A stretch of DNA of 63,960 nt, filler included, from Piptocephalis cylindrospora (lineage: Eukaryota): assembly GCA_003614145.1 (NCBI GenBank). It is 5 parts of 5 records of this genome, joined end to end, with 100 filler letters (N's around TTAATTAATTAA, not from the genome) between each part and the next. Parts side by side here need not be neighbours in the genome. Positions count along the whole stretch, not along the records: positions 38,912 to 51,738 come from KZ987958.1; positions 51,839 to 63,960 come from KZ987980.1; 3 more parts are not named here. One strand, given 5' to 3'. The notes beneath the pieces are model-generated. The model was not told the DNA's origin, did no database searches, and worked only from the letters and a program-made list of their open reading frames with translations. Position 1 is the stretch's first letter. Each line of letters begins with the position of its first letter. Positions 50,163-63,960 of this stretch are shown in pieces. The position numbers and the translations under genes are program-made.

Positions 50163-50430
50163 ACTGTGGGGGACCAGGAGAGAATGGTGTTTTTTTCCAG
50201 TGATAGTGTCTACTCTCTCTCTTTTTCTTGGATAACAGCAGCAGCAGTGACATGTTCTACCTTTATCCTTTCGTTGCATGTGCCTTGCTATTTTTGTTGT
50301 TTTAGGTGGGATGAAGTATGGGTACGCGTCAATGAATATTTTCCTGATTTATACGGGAGGGTGATCCATCCCCAGGGAAAACGACAAGACCTGATGATCA
50401 CACTCAAAAAGGTCTCTGCTCGCCATCTCC

Positions 50431-51538
<1,108 letters not shown>

Positions 51539-51666
51539 GGCGGAGAAGAAGAAACAAGAAAAGAAGACGAAATAAACGGGAAAGACACAGCGTTGTACGG
51601 GTGCGGAGAGATTCACGCTTCAATCCAACCACCACATAAGGACGTCCTGTCACGATCAGTGCCAAT

Positions 51667-51738
51667 AGGAAAATTGTGGTGGTGAGCGCATGCGGTGTGG
51701 AACCCCGCCACTTTCCTATGGCCATACCAGCCTGACGA
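51667..51738 (-). repeat. Right arm of the 72-bp inverted repeat, ending exactly at the contig end
   Basis: Reverse complement of 49527-49598. Confidence 0.95.
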
Positions 51739-51838
51739 NNNNNNNNNNNNNNNNNNNNNNNNNNNNNNNNNNNNNNNNNNNNTTAATTAATTAANNNNNN
51801 NNNNNNNNNNNNNNNNNNNNNNNNNNNNNNNNNNNNNN
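51739..51838. other. Artificial contig linker
   Basis: N-run/TTAATTAATTAA/N-run. Confidence 0.97.
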
Positions 51839-52170
51839 CGGAGAGGATGCTATCTTGACTGATGAGGCTATCAGTGATAAGGACCCCCGTTTCCGGTACA
51901 TTCTTTAATACTCTCCTCTCCCTCCCTTTCCTTACTTCCTCTTGCCGTACAAAGGGGAAGTCTCATGATCTTTTCTTTGAAATACATTCCAATCCAGCTT
52001 TATCCGACAAGACGCAAAGCTCGTGGTTCACTTGCGAAAAAGACAAAGAAAAAGGAATAGCAGTGGCCATATAATCGAAAAGGAAGGACAACTGAGGCAG
52101 ACGAATTGATTGACAGTCCAATCGGAGGAAGGCTTACACACCACGCACATACCCACTCCCCACCTCACCC

Positions 52171-55100
52171 TCAGCCTTGTCGTGAACCATGGTAGTAGGG
52201 CGATTGGGAGGAGGGGGGGGCAGGAGGAGGGTAGGTAGATCCGGGACCTGGTCGATGGTGGGGAGAATCCGTGCTATGGGTGACGGGGGGGCCGGAAGGA
52301 TAATGTACAGGCATGGAGGAGGAAGAGTAGGGCTGGGAGGGATGCACGGAATGTTGGTAAACGTCACTAGACCCATAAGGTGCATGGTAGGAATGCGACT
52401 GAGGGTGCATGGGAGGAGGAGCTTGTTGCTGTGCATGAGGATGAGAATGAGGATGGGAGTGGAACATGGCATGAGGTGGATAGGGAGAATGAGATGGATA
52501 GGGGGGGGGTGGAAGTCGAGTATGAGGAAGAGGAGGGCGCGTAGGAAGAAGAAGGATATGGAGGAGAATCCAGAATTATCACATCATTATCTTCCATTTC
52601 CTGCTCCTGTTGATATCCCTCGGGGTTGAGCATGGAATGAACCGACATGGAGTGGCTTTGAGGAACCATAAGGGGTAGATGATGACTCGGGGGAGAGGAT
52701 GAAGCGCCTGGCCCTTTCTTTCTCGGTTCCGAACTTGATGATCTTGAGATTAAAGATGCAGATGAGGAAGGAGACCTTTCTTCCCTAAGCTTGATATCAG
52801 ATGAAGGCGACCCTTCCTCCTTGGATTTCACCCCAGGCGAGGAAGGGTAGGTGGATCGATGGGGTATATCCCCAAACTTAGAATCATCTCGAGAAAGAGG
52901 AAGAGTCTTAGCGCGGGAGAGAGATTGGTGTACCTCCTTCCTGGCCGATGGGGATGCTGGAGCCTGAGGAGAAGTCTTTTTAGAGGCGACCCCCTCACCC
53001 CGAAGCTCCGAACCATTAGCCGCCTTCCCGTTTTTGGCGGGGTCGGAAGAAGGACTGGACTGAAGGACTAGCTTCCGACGCAAGGCACCCACATCGGCCA
53101 CCAGCTTATGTTGCTGCATCCAACCATCGGGCCAATACTGGAGGAGCTCCTGTGTGAGGTTCCGACGACAATCCCGCTCGTTATGCAAAGGGAGGGTCTT
53201 CTCCATGGTAAAAATATCATTCTTCACCGCCGTCAATTCATCGCATAGAGCAAAGAGATCGATGGCATAAAGCTTCTCTTGTCGTACCCATTTGTACTTT
53301 TTGGTCAGGTCCACCGCGGTCCCAGGGGCCCTTTTGGGATCAGAAGCGGTTTTGACATCTTCCTCGTGTCTTTTTAACATATCTTTCATGGTTACACGGA
53401 TCGACATCTTGAGCAAAGCCTTAATCCGGTCCATCTCTCCTTCAATAACCTTGCATTGCTCAGGAAGCATATATTTTCGGACATAAGACTTTAGGATAGG
53501 AAAAAAGGTGGAGGTAAGAGTGAGTCATCCAGAGGGAAGCTGGACACCAAGAATCAAGACACTTACTCGGAGCGCCGGTTTCGGAGCAAGGGGTAGAGCT
53601 TTAGTCAGATGGGAAAAGATATGCTCATCCACCTCTTTTTGAGGCCCATTAATCCGGGCAATCTCTCTTCCCAGATCCTGCAAGGGTATACGTAGCTCGG
53701 CGGAAAGGCGATAGGAGGTAGAGTCCTTTGCTCCCATCTTCTTACCCAAATTTTTAAGGGACTCCATCAAAGGAACGAGAGAGGGAGGTAGGGGTCGAAG
53801 ACCGTCTTGGAGAGCAAAGGTCGTAGAGGAAGATGGGATTTCCACGCCGATGACAGGCTCACCCAGTCTTTTATCCCCCTTGACCGCGGTAATAGGCAAA
53901 GAGTTGGATTCCTTTAAAGGGGATACCTTATCCACTGAGGTTCCCTTCATGACAACGGGGGCAGGAGTATTCTTGGGTCGGGTATCGGACGTAGAGACAG
54001 GAACCTCTCCAGTAGCGGTAGACTGGGAAGAGAACGTCTTGTTCGAAAGTGCCTTACTAGAGGATGTCTTGAAAGAAGAGGTGGAGGGATTGGCTGAGGT
54101 GGTGACTAGTGCGGGGAGGCTCGCATCTGGGGAAGATACCGAGGTTACAGGGGATACCTTGGATCGATCCGCTGGGACAGATACAGGTAAAGACTGAGAA
54201 GACCCCACCTTATCTACAGTTACTTTGGCCCGTTTCCCCTTGTCCCTCCCTCCATCCTCAGGTCCTCCCTGGGGCTTTCGGACATTTCCCGAGCTAGCTC
54301 CCGTGGTCGAAGTAGCCCCAGTAATCGAGGATGACTTTTTGGTCGAAGCCTTTTTTACTTCCGGGGTCACATCCACGGTCTCCAAGGGCCCTTTCCACAC
54401 GTAAAATGCATTCTGTTGTGGCCAAATGGCCTCCATGGTGGTGGCCTGTGCGTCTGAATCATCAATGAAGGCGTCTTCCATGTCATATTCGTCCCCCTCT
54501 TCCCCCTCCTCTTCCTCTTCTTCCTCATCGTCCTCATCATCATCCTCTCCTACTTCGCTTCCATCCTCATCTTCCTCTGCGCTCTAGGATAGTCCGGGGG
54601 GGAGAGAGTAAGTAAGCAGTTATGCATCACTAAACTGGAGGAAGGGTATATCAAAAGGATGAGTCGCAACTTACCTGTTCTCCATCCTCAGATAGCCCAT
54701 AGTGCTTGGCATTGGTGACTAATCGTCCCCAAAAGGCATTTTCTTCATCTAATGCTTCCTTCTTAATCTCTTCTTCTTCTTCATCATCCTCTTCATCCTC
54801 TTCATCCTCCTCGTCCTCCTCTTCATCTTCGTCCTCCTCTTCCCCATCCTCCTCATCTTCCATGGCCTCATCCCCATCTTCCATAGTATCCTTTTGATCA
54901 TCCTTTCTTGCCTCACTTTCTTCCTTGGAGGCCATAATCACATCGTCATCGGAATTTTCATGAAGGGAGATCGAGGTGACTTTAATGGCCTTGCGGATCT
55001 TGCCTCGTTTGAGATGCTTCAGGCTAATCACCGTAGTGGCCTCGGGATCCAGGGTAATTTGGTAGGTGTGGGGCTTTGTGCGTCCAGGTGCCTTGGGTTC

Positions 55101-55253
55101 CGAGGTCGCATTTTCTCCTGGAGCTCCATTTCCTTCCGAGATGCTCACCAATCTTTCCTCTGTGGGTTTCTTTTTCTGATTCTCTGATGCTGAGGATAGT
55201 TGAGGTACTAGAGGAGTAGCCGAGGTGGCCGTGGATGACGATACCATGCTCAT
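52171..55253 (-). CDS. Hpc2/ubinuclein-like HIRA-complex subunit (HUN domain); stop at 52367, or at 52171 if the G9 run is mis-called
   Basis: Acidic N-terminus; HUN motif EYDMEDAFIDDSD..AFYVWKGPL; ubinuclein-like middle region KKYKW..LLQYWPDGWM. Confidence 0.8.
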
Positions 55254-56783
55254 CCTATGAGTGTGTGTGAGAGGGAAAGAAGGAAAGAGGGTAGTAGGGC
55301 AGGGTGTATGAAAAGATGTGAAAGGACAAGTATGTGAAGAAGAAACAGGCGAGTATATGAGGCAAGGGAGGGTTGGCAACAAGGTCAACAAACAGGCTGA
55401 TCACTGCATGTGAAAGGGACAAGCTGGAAAAGAGGATGGGGAGGGAGTGGGAGAAACAAAAAGGAGGGGTGTCTGGTCATGAGTGCTTATCCAAGAATCC
55501 GGACGTCTCCATGAGGTGTAATGGTGCATGAATGGATAGATGTGCGAGTACAATGGTGGGTGTCTTGGGGCATCCATTTCTGTTAGTCTCCTTGCTTGAG
55601 TTCTGGGGGGAGGTGATGGGCCACACATCCTTGGGAGTCGATGGGGGAGGTTTGACCTCCGGCAGCGATTGACCCTCGAGGTATTGTTGATCTGAAGCTA
55701 ATACCCGCGCTAGAAGATATCATGCTAAATACACAGCCTTCGTCCCCTCAACCTCTTCAAGTCAGGTCCCAGGCCGGTGATGTGAATGGACTAGAGAAAG
55801 ATTCGAAGCAGCGCAGGGACAAGCGCCCACGTCACCCAATGCTGCTCACTACCAATATCTCCCCCTTCCGCCATGGGAAGGGGGAAGAGAGAGGGAAATA
55901 GTTATTATGGATCCTCGTGTGTGAAGGCAACTTCAGTATCGTCCATTGCATGATGTAGAGCATCATTGATAGAATCAACATTTCCTCCACGAGGATAGGA
56001 CGATCGCTTATTTCCGTCAAAGGAAATATGATGAGATAGTGAGAGCAGTTGAATCGTTCGACAGTAATAAAAATATTCCAGGGAGACAAGCTGACATCAA
56101 GAGAAGTGGGGATATAGTGCTGGCTGTTGTTTGGGCCATTCGATCTGCCCCCGCTCATCCAGACTGGACGACCGAGAAAGAAGGAACCAGTCCCTAGCAT
56201 GCACATTGGTGCCTCAGCCCCACTATCTTGCCACAGAATGTACCTGGATGTGGCAAGCACACCCACACATACACACACGCCTTCACTGATCATTCTGTAG
56301 TGATGGGGAGAAGAATGAATTAAAAATATTCATCAAATAGCTCATTTTTCACATAGAATTTAGTGAATAATTTGGCCCGTGATCGTTAGAGAAGGCGTTG
56401 AGGAGAGCAGCACACAGATAGTCAGTTGCTCACATCTTTTAGCGTGTCAGCTTTTTCACTTGGCCAAAAACAATCAAAGATTTTGCTTACTCAGCTGACA
56501 AATATGACATGAATTGATATGCGTGGGCCCCGATTTTGACCAAGCCCACAGGAATTTTCGCGCTTGGGGATGACACACATGTAGTAGTATGATCCGGGAC
56601 AGGGCTTGAGCTGACTAGCTCTGTCCCCCCCCCCCCGCCCACTGATTCAGCCAGTAGAACGCCATTCCTGACATTCTTTTTGATTTCATCCTTGGTGTAA
56701 GGTGCAAAGGAATCAATTTCCCTCCTCCAAAAAGCTTCTCTCTCCTTCTCCATCCACTCCACATCTTCCACTCATTACTAACG

Positions 56784-59443
56784 ATGGGTCTTCCAAAGAG
56801 TAAAAAGATGGCCGGTCTGGGGAAAACCCTGATTCGGGATCGGTTTAAGAATGGCTCCCGTCCCACCAAGAATGACACAACTCTCCACACCACCGACCTT
56901 CCGGATGAAGGGCCCGCGTGGACGCGGATGCAGTCTATTACTCAGGAGGGAGACCTTGAGGAATTCCTTCGGACAGCCGAGTTGGCTGGGACAGAATTTA
57001 CCGCAGAACGCTTAAATATTAGCGTAGTGGCCAAGGACACACAGCAAAACCCCTTTCTCCTGGCCGATGAGAAGGAAAAGGAAATTCTTAAGCAACATGA
57101 GCAGTACCGTAATCGCTTGACTGTACCTAGAAGGTATACTGCTGAATTTCCCTAAGGGGAAAGTGGTATAGATACGTTGTACTCACCCCCCCCCCCCCCC
57201 CCCCCCCCCCCCCCACCCCCCCCACCCCCCGCCGCCGGTGCCGACCACCCGTCACAGACCCAACCCCCACAACAACAAAAAACACAACAAAAAACAACGG
57301 CATTGTGAATGATAACAATAAAAAATCAACATTCACCCCCCATCAGTACATGCCATTTACTCTCACATTCAACCACCCATCATCTCCCCCCCGCCTAATT
57401 CCTAACTTGATCACATAGGCCCGAGTGGGATGAAAATACCACCGCAGAGGAGCTCGCATACAAAGAGCGGGAATCCTTTTTGATTTGGCGCCGTGGCCTT
57501 GCACATTTGCAAGAGGAGGAAGGTCTTATTCTCACCCCTTTTGAGCGTAACTTGGAGGTGTGGAGACAGCTTTGGAGGGTGGTGGAAAGGTCTGATCTCA
57601 TTGTTCAGATTGTCGATGCTCGCCATCCTCTCTTCTTCCGGTCTACCGATCTGGACACATATGTTAAGGAGGTAGATACCCGCAAGAATAATTTGCTGTT
57701 GATTAACAAATCCGATATGCTGACTCGGACGCAAAGGTGAGTTGATCCAGAAAGGCTGGTTGTCTGGGATGAAAAGCGGGAGCGATAGCTCTTACCCAAT
57801 AACCCATTATCTCCCTTCTTTCTCTAGGATTCAATGGGCAGACTACATGGACAAACAAGGCATCGAATACCTCTTTTTCTCCGCTGCTGATGCCAAAAAG
57901 AAGCAGGATGAGCTCAAGGAGGCGGAGGCCAAGGCCAAGGAGGAAGAGGAAGAGAATGCGACTCGTTTAGCTCGTGATTTTGGCGCGGTGATTGAGCGAC
58001 TGGATGGCGTGCAGGTCACATATGAGAGTGATAGCGATGAGGAAGAGGAGGAGGAAGAAGAAGAGGAGGAGGAAGAAGAAGAGGAAGAAATGGATGTGAG
58101 AGTACGTGTTCGGTCGGTGGACGATTTGGAAGAATTGTTCATTCATCATGCTCCCGCTCTTCCTGGTAAGCCCATGAACCCTGATTTTGAGCGAGGAGAC
58201 AGAAGACAGGAAGCCCTTGGCCACTTTATTCACCTTTCCCATTCTTTCATCTCATCTCTGACGGTAGAGGGAACGGAACGTAAGCTAAACATTGGGCTTG
58301 TGGGATATCCCAATGTGGGAAAATCCTCCACCATCAATGCCCTAGTTGGATCCAAGAAGGTGGCTGTTGGATCGACCCCAGGTAAGACCAAGCACTTTCA
58401 AACTATCCATTTAAGTGACCAGGTCATCCTCTGTGATTGCCCTGGCCTGGTCTTCCCCTCCTTTGCCACGACCCAGGCCGAGATGGTAGTGAATGGAGTG
58501 TTGCCCATCGATCAGGTGAGTGGTGGGAAGAGTAATGCTGGATATGGTAATGTTTTTACCAATACGTTACTCTCTGTTCATCACAGCTTCGGGAACATAC
58601 TGGACCTACGGGGTTGGTTACCCAAAGGATTCCCAAGTGGTTCCTCGAGGCCATCTACGGAATTCATATTCCCACTCTGCCCGAGGATGAGGGTGGAACT
58701 GGGGTACCGACCGCCGAAGAATTCCTCTGTGCTTACGCTGGTATGTTAAGAAGCAGGAAAGTGTATGTCCATATTGATAGAATACGTCTTCTCACCCCTC
58801 TACACTCGGCCTGTCCTGATCTTTAGTGGCACGCGGATTCACCAAGTCGGGGCAGGGTAATCCGGACGAGTCACGGGCTGCTCGACACGTCCTCAAAGAC
58901 TACGTCAATGTAAGGGAGGGACTAGTGAAGTAGTCCTAAATGTATTGCAGAAAGAGCCCCCTCATTTAACAACACCTCTCCCCCTTTTAGGGAAAGCTCG
59001 TTTATAATCACCCCCCACCAAATACGGTGGAAGGACCGGAGTTCAACCAAGAGATCTTTGATCCCGAGGTCTTTGCGGAACGGTTTGAGAGGAAGAAGCT
59101 CGTGGGGGATGCGCGTATGGTTCACCCTAGCAGTGAGCAGAAGAATGCTCCGTCGACCCGTGTGGTTAAGAGCAAGGGCAAGGCCTTAGATTCCGCCTTC
59201 TTTGAGGGCTCGGCCTCGGCTCCTCGGGTCATGGGTCGACGGGTTGGGGGGGGCGATACCTTTGATCGGGTACGCTCCTTCCCTCACCAGGGTTTAGTGG
59301 ATGATTCAGGAAATGCTGTCGGACATCCCGTGGGCAGGAAAGCGCGTGATGCTAACCCCGCTAATTCCAGCAAAAAGGGCCACAAGAAAGGCAAGAAGAA
59401 TGTCAAGAAGCGGAGTGGTGCAGGCTACGAGTACACCTTTTAG
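56784..59443 (+). CDS. LSG1: 60S export GTPase Lsg1
   Basis: Seven exons: TPFERNLEVWRQLWRVVERSD, GLVGYPNVGKSSTINAL, TPGKTKHFQT, LCDCPGLVFP, PDESRAARHVLKDYVNGKL. Confidence 0.97.
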
Positions 59444-59777
59444 GCTGATCGGGATGGGAACTCTGGAGATAGATGGGGAGGAATGAGAGCAAAAAGTGGA
59501 TGGTTTCCCTCGGAGAAACGAGAACTTGGAAATGAATTCGTTGATTAGTGGAACCATATGCGTGGACCATGGATAATGAGAGAAGAAATGAAAAGAAGAG
59601 CAACAGCAACAGCACACATATGCACATGATTCATGCAGACAAATTTCTCTTTTTCTCTCCCTCCCGCGCCACCCAAGCATAAAGGATCATTCCCTTATAT
59701 CCTCATCCTGATCAATCCAGCCTAGGGTCCATCAAGATGAGGGTATAAAGAGTGGTATTGCCCTTCCCCTTCATCCT

Positions 59778-59782
<5 letters not shown>

Positions 59783-59814
<32 letters not shown>
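59783..59814. repeat. (TC)n microsatellite between convergent 3' ends
   Basis: seen directly. Confidence 0.9.
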
Positions 59815-59819
<5 letters not shown>

Positions 59820-59844
59820 AAGGCCATATGCACTAGCCTAAAGA

Positions 59845-61086
59845 CTAGAACCGCCTGCTGCTACCCTGTACGTATGTCCGATAGCCGACAAAGGCAACGC
59901 CGCACACTAGGGTCAGGAGGACAAGCTTGAAAAACCAACCGATTGCACTGCCCGAGGAGGCAGGGCCACCAAAGTTACCACTTCCACTGGGTCCATTCAT
60001 GGGCTGGGAGTTGGGTGGGGGCTTGGAGAGGATCCTGTTGCTACTGACGTACACAACATCATGATTATCTAGCATTATCATCATCATGAAGGAGTGTAAG
60101 TAGGATAACTCTAAGCATACGCATCCCTTTTTTTTTTCTCCCCCTCTTTCTAAGCTGGACATACCGTGGACCTCGCCAGTATGAGCAGAGAAGCCGAGGA
60201 AGACATCCTTGGGGAGCTTGGTGTTATGGGCGGTGAAACATTCAGCCCAGGCCTCGGCACCGTCGTATTTGATCTCAAGCTTGAGCATGCCCTTGCGGAA
60301 ATAGGTGACACGAGCCTTAGACTTGGCTGCGTTACCACGGTAAGCGAACTAAGGATGAAGGGAAGAATGATAATGTGAGATGAATAAACAACAGAAACAG
60401 CACCAATTCCTTCATCCCCTTGACCATAGAGGCGTGAACCCACCTCACAGGTACCGATGGACTGGGTAAGTCCGTCGTTAGCAGTATCATAGGGAGTCTT
60501 GCCATCACCGATCATGGCAGTGATGATGGGAAAGTACTTTTCGTTGGAAGGACTGTTCTTGTACGTGTCAAAGAAAATGCCCAAGCCCTCAAAACGATCG
60601 CGAGATCCAAAAACGGGGCCCGGTTCAGCACGATTCTTGGTGGCCCAGAAGGCCATACCATCCCCGTAGAGATGGCCTTTACCACCGTGGATATCGAACT
60701 CAAATTCAGTTTGCCAAGCATCGTTGGGCAGAGGCTTTTTGCTCCAAATCCATCCGGCACGCGATTGCTGATCGGCCGTAAGGCGGATATACTTGTTCGT
60801 GTTGAGGATAGTGTCACCACCATAGTCTGATCCGTCAAGGAAAAGGAATGAGTTGAAGGTCTAATCCAGCATACATACGCACACATACACGTCAGAGCAC
60901 ATCTAATCACTTCCAGTACCTACCCCAGAAACGAATGCGCATTTCCTCATCAACGAACGGGACGTGAAGCGAGAGAGAGCGAATGGGCTCAAGTTCCTCA
61001 GGCTGGAAATCCGAGTTCCGGGCCTGGAGACCACCGAGGGTGAGAAGACCTGCAACAAAGGCCAAAGGGGTGGAGAGGATGCGCAT
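59845..61086 (-). CDS. Legume-type (L-type) lectin, VIP36/ERGIC-53/Emp46 family
   Basis: Four exons. Signal peptide, WDYGGDT..YIRLT, LYGDGMAFW, GPVFGSRDRFEGLGIFFDTYKN, LGFSAHTGEVHDNHDV, TM, SRRF tail. Confidence 0.92.
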
Positions 61087-61801
61087 ACTAGACAATGTAC
61101 GGGAAGGGTGGAAGGTCGGAGGGGGGGATGGGACGGGCGAGGAGGGGAGGATGAGGAAGGAAAGGAAAGGAAGGGGTATGGAGGGGCAGGCAGGGTAGGG
61201 CGACGAGGGTGAGAGGGAATGTGAGGGGAGGAAAGGATGAGAGGGCGCGCCCCGCGTGTCTAGTTAGTTGAGGCGGTGTCGAAAGTGGCAAGGGAAGCAC
61301 CCTGCTGGGCTTTCTGGGTAGGTCACAGCATCAGGGCTAAAGGTCAGGAAGCAATACAGTATGTGAGTGTGTGGATGGGTGGATGAGTGGGTATGCACAG
61401 ATTGACTATGACTGTATGTGCTGGGCGGAGTTGGTTGGTCGGGGGGGGGAAGGACATTGACTGGCCAGGCCTAGGAATAGGAGGGAATAGAGTAAGGGCC
61501 TAAGAAATCCAGCAAAAAAGAGATCAAAAAGCGTCAAATAAATATACTGAGACGGGATGAGGATTCGAGAAAAATTGGATAGAGGGCTGGGGAACAGAAG
61601 TGGATTTGAACACCGACCTAACACCCATGCCCATACATACCCAATCCCTCCTCCACTGTACATTAGGTGAGGATCGGCTGGGAATCTCCCTGGATGGGAG
61701 GCAAGCGAAAGGCAAACGAAAGGCAGGCAAAGCCAAGTGAGAGGCAAGGAAAGCACCCACGCCTGTCTTCTTCCTACCTTTTCTCTCTCAGTATTCTTAC
61801 A

Positions 61802-62668
61802 ATGAGCATTCACCAAGAAACAGCAACGACAAAAGATCGTGACATCCAAGAGGAGGACTCTGAGATAGACGAAGCCGATCTGCTCGATGAGATCGACAAC
61901 GATCCCGAACTAACTGGATATCGGGAGCAAAGGTTACGTGAGCTCAAAGAGGAGGCAGACCGGGCGAAGACCCTTCGAGATTCGGATCGTGGACGGTACA
62001 CGGAGCTTCAGAGCGAGAAAGAGGTCCTCAAGGTCTCGACCTCGGAGAAGCGGTGTATCATTCACTTTTTCCATAAAGAGTTCCGTCGATGCAAGATTAT
62101 GGACAAGCACTTGGACGTAAGGCTTTCCTCTTCGTTAACCTTGACAATGAGGGGCAGAGGATAACTCATCCTTCATACTTGCAGATCCTGGCCAAAACCC
62201 ATATTGAAACGAGGTTCTGTCGTATTGATGTGGAAAAGGCGCATTTCCTGGTAGAGAAACTTAAGATTCAGATCCTTCCTTGTGTTGTTGGTTTCATTGA
62301 TGGGGTCACTGCGGATCGGTAAGCAGGTGAGATGGGCTAGCAATTCTAGATACCAACTCTCATTCCTCATTCATAACTCTCGCTCCTCCTCCATACAGAT
62401 TGGTTGGATTTGAAGAGCTAAACAATAGCGATGGATTTCAAACATCCTCCCTTGAACGTCTCCTGGGTCGCAATGGTAAGCTTGTGAAAAGATGTAGGGA
62501 TAAGGGGGTAAGAACTGGTCTCATCACCCCTTCCCACTCTGGGTAGGTGTCCTTACGATCAAGGAGGCCCCCTCTCAAGTTTCCAGTGGACGCAAGACCA
62601 TTTTTGGAGGGACCGGCAAATATCGGTCTGGTCCTGATGATGATGGTGATTGGGATGAGTATGATTGA
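61802..62668 (+). CDS. Phosducin-like thioredoxin-fold protein (Plp1/TXNDC9)
   Basis: Four exons: YREQRLRELK, IHFFHKEFRRCKIMDKHL, FLVEKLKIQILPCV, RLVGFEEL. Confidence 0.92.
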
Positions 62669-63373
62669 ACTGGGCAAGGCGGTACGGGTGATCGAGACAA
62701 GGTCGGTTGGAAGGTGATCATCCTCATAATAAAATGGTGGAAAGCGTTTGTGGTAGAATAAGGTATTATTTATGTTTTCTTGGGAAAATAAACGATAGGA
62801 CCTAGCAATGTAGAGCGACAAGATAGAGCCTATCATCGGCCCCACCTAAAACCTGGAGGGATGGACCCAGGCTTAAACGGACACTGACGGAGATGGAAAA
62901 AGCGGAGCTTCAAACCCTGCTAACATTTGAGGCTCCAGGTTTAGGCGGAGATGCAGTGACCTGGTCATGATTAGTGATTGGCTAAAGCGGTTGGCAGCAT
63001 TCACTCATCCACTTTAACAACATATCCTCCCCATCCTCTCTTCCTCACCCTCTCTCCTATTCTCCATCTCGCCCCCATCCTCCTTCCTCCTTCTCTCCCG
63101 CATCCTCCCCCCCCTCCTCTCATAAACAAGCTCTTCTCTATCCCTTTCATTTCTCACGAGAAGCCTCTCTTTTGCCCTCTTCCCCCCTCCTCCTTCTTCT
63201 CCTCCTTCATCCAGGCCATCTTTGGCCATCTCCCGCCTTGACACCTTCTCTCTCGAGCCAAAACTAAACTTCCCACCAACGAACGAGACTGTGCCTGGTG
63301 CATCCTCCCTCTTCTCGCCTCCTCTCCTCTCCCTATCGCTCTCCTCGCCGCCCTCTCTCCTCGCTTGCTGGTC

Positions 63374-63960
63374 ATGCTTGGCTCTCCCTGTCCTTTCATC
63401 GCCCTCCTCGCCCTCCTCCTTTCCTCTCTTGTCAACGCAGCGGCCCCTGCCCTTTCTATCGCGGCTGCAAAGAAGCTTGACGTAGATGCCTGTGCCTCCC
63501 TGGCCCAGACTATCTCCAGTTATGGTTTTGCTTCAGTCCCAAAGGTCGCGGCCTGCTATGATACCTTCCCGTATGATTCAGCGATCGCCAGCACCACCCT
63601 TCGTATGATTCGATCCACCCTGGAATCATTCTATGTTTTCCGCGAAACCTCCCTAACCCCCCCTGATCCCAGCTTTCAGAAGGCCTACGATGTCATCGCT
63701 GCCCTGGCCCAGGTGGAGAAAAAGACATTTCGCACGGATCGGGCCTTCCACGAGGCGGTCGCCCAATCCCTGATCCCCTTAAATGATGGGCACGTGTACT
63801 ACTCCCCCTCATGCTACTCACCTTTCTCCTTCTACCAGCCCTTTTTCATGACTTCAATTCTCGAAGCTAGTGGATTTACTCGTCTCCTGGTCCACTCGGT
63901 TGATCTGGATTTCCCCGATGAGTTCCAAAAGTGGGTCGGAGCCGAGGTGGTGTCCATTGA
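63374..63960 (+). CDS. Secreted peptidase S41-family (CPAF-like) protein, 3' end beyond window
   Basis: Open frame to the window end: signal peptide MLGSPCPFIALLALLLSSLVNA, ACYDTFPYD, FYVF, FRTDRAFHEAV..LNDGHVYY..C, GAEVVSI. Catalytic region not in the window. Confidence 0.75.
   Translation, partial: MLGSPCPFIALLALLLSSLVNAAAPALSIAAAKKLDVDACASLAQTISSYGFASVPKVAACYDTFPYDSAIASTTLRMIRSTLESFYVFRETSLTPPDPSFQKAYDVIAALAQVEKKTFRTDRAFHEAVAQSLIPLNDGHVYYSPSCYSPFSFYQPFFMTSILEASGFTRLLVHSVDLDFPDEFQKWVGAEVVSI

Noticed and set aside
51717..51735. TATGGCCATACCAGCCTGA resembles the 5' end of 5S rRNA
   Set aside because: In the complete left copy the following sequence has no 5S similarity or internal promoter boxes.
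55686..55715. TTGATCTGAAGCTAATACCCGCG resembles the TPP riboswitch 3' half
   Set aside because: Lacks the upstream CTGAGA element and P5 pairing; no thiamine gene nearby.
55400..56780. Several 75-153 aa ORFs between ubinuclein and LSG1
   Set aside because: No recognisable domain or convincing exon chain; treated as a divergent promoter region.
57186..57400. Long poly-C and CAA-rich stretch making LSG1 intron 1 unusually long (possible intronic snoRNA)
   Set aside because: No convincing C/D or H/ACA boxes; looks like noisy sequence following a homopolymer.

Overview
Eukaryotic DNA from a gene-dense fungal genome with short GT-AG introns. Animal-like RalGAP-alpha, LAMTOR3 and R3HDM-type genes point to an early-diverging lineage; a Zoopagomycota such as Piptocephalis is my unverified guess. 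The window is not one locus. It is five contigs joined by 100-bp N/TTAATTAATTAA/N linkers; the three complete contigs are 12880, 12836 and 12827 bp, so they appear length-sorted. About 28 protein-coding genes can be reconstructed by splicing, mostly housekeeping: eIF4A, R3H/SUZ, RalGAP-alpha, RasGEF, LTO1, COX19, MED18, ZNHIT2, SWP1, GPN1, YOS9, ARMT1-like, MTF1, HIS6, RPAP1, LAMTOR3, CUE-Smr, uL11m, VMA9, BUD32, ubinuclein, LSG1, L-type lectin, phosducin-like and S41 peptidase. The most notable items are: (i) an AT-rich island with three intronless GNAT paralogs interleaved with decayed copies of a second, unrecognised gene; (ii) a convergent RalGAP-alpha / RalGPS-like GEF pair; (iii) a YOS9 gene that needs a +1 shift at or before AAG-TGA; (iv) an intronless secreted orphan with 25-aa repeats; (v) a 72-bp inverted repeat bracketing VMA9 and BUD32, either an invertible segment or an amplification chimera. 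No tRNA, rRNA, CRISPR or transposase was recognised. I cannot claim a confirmed novel system from sequence alone.
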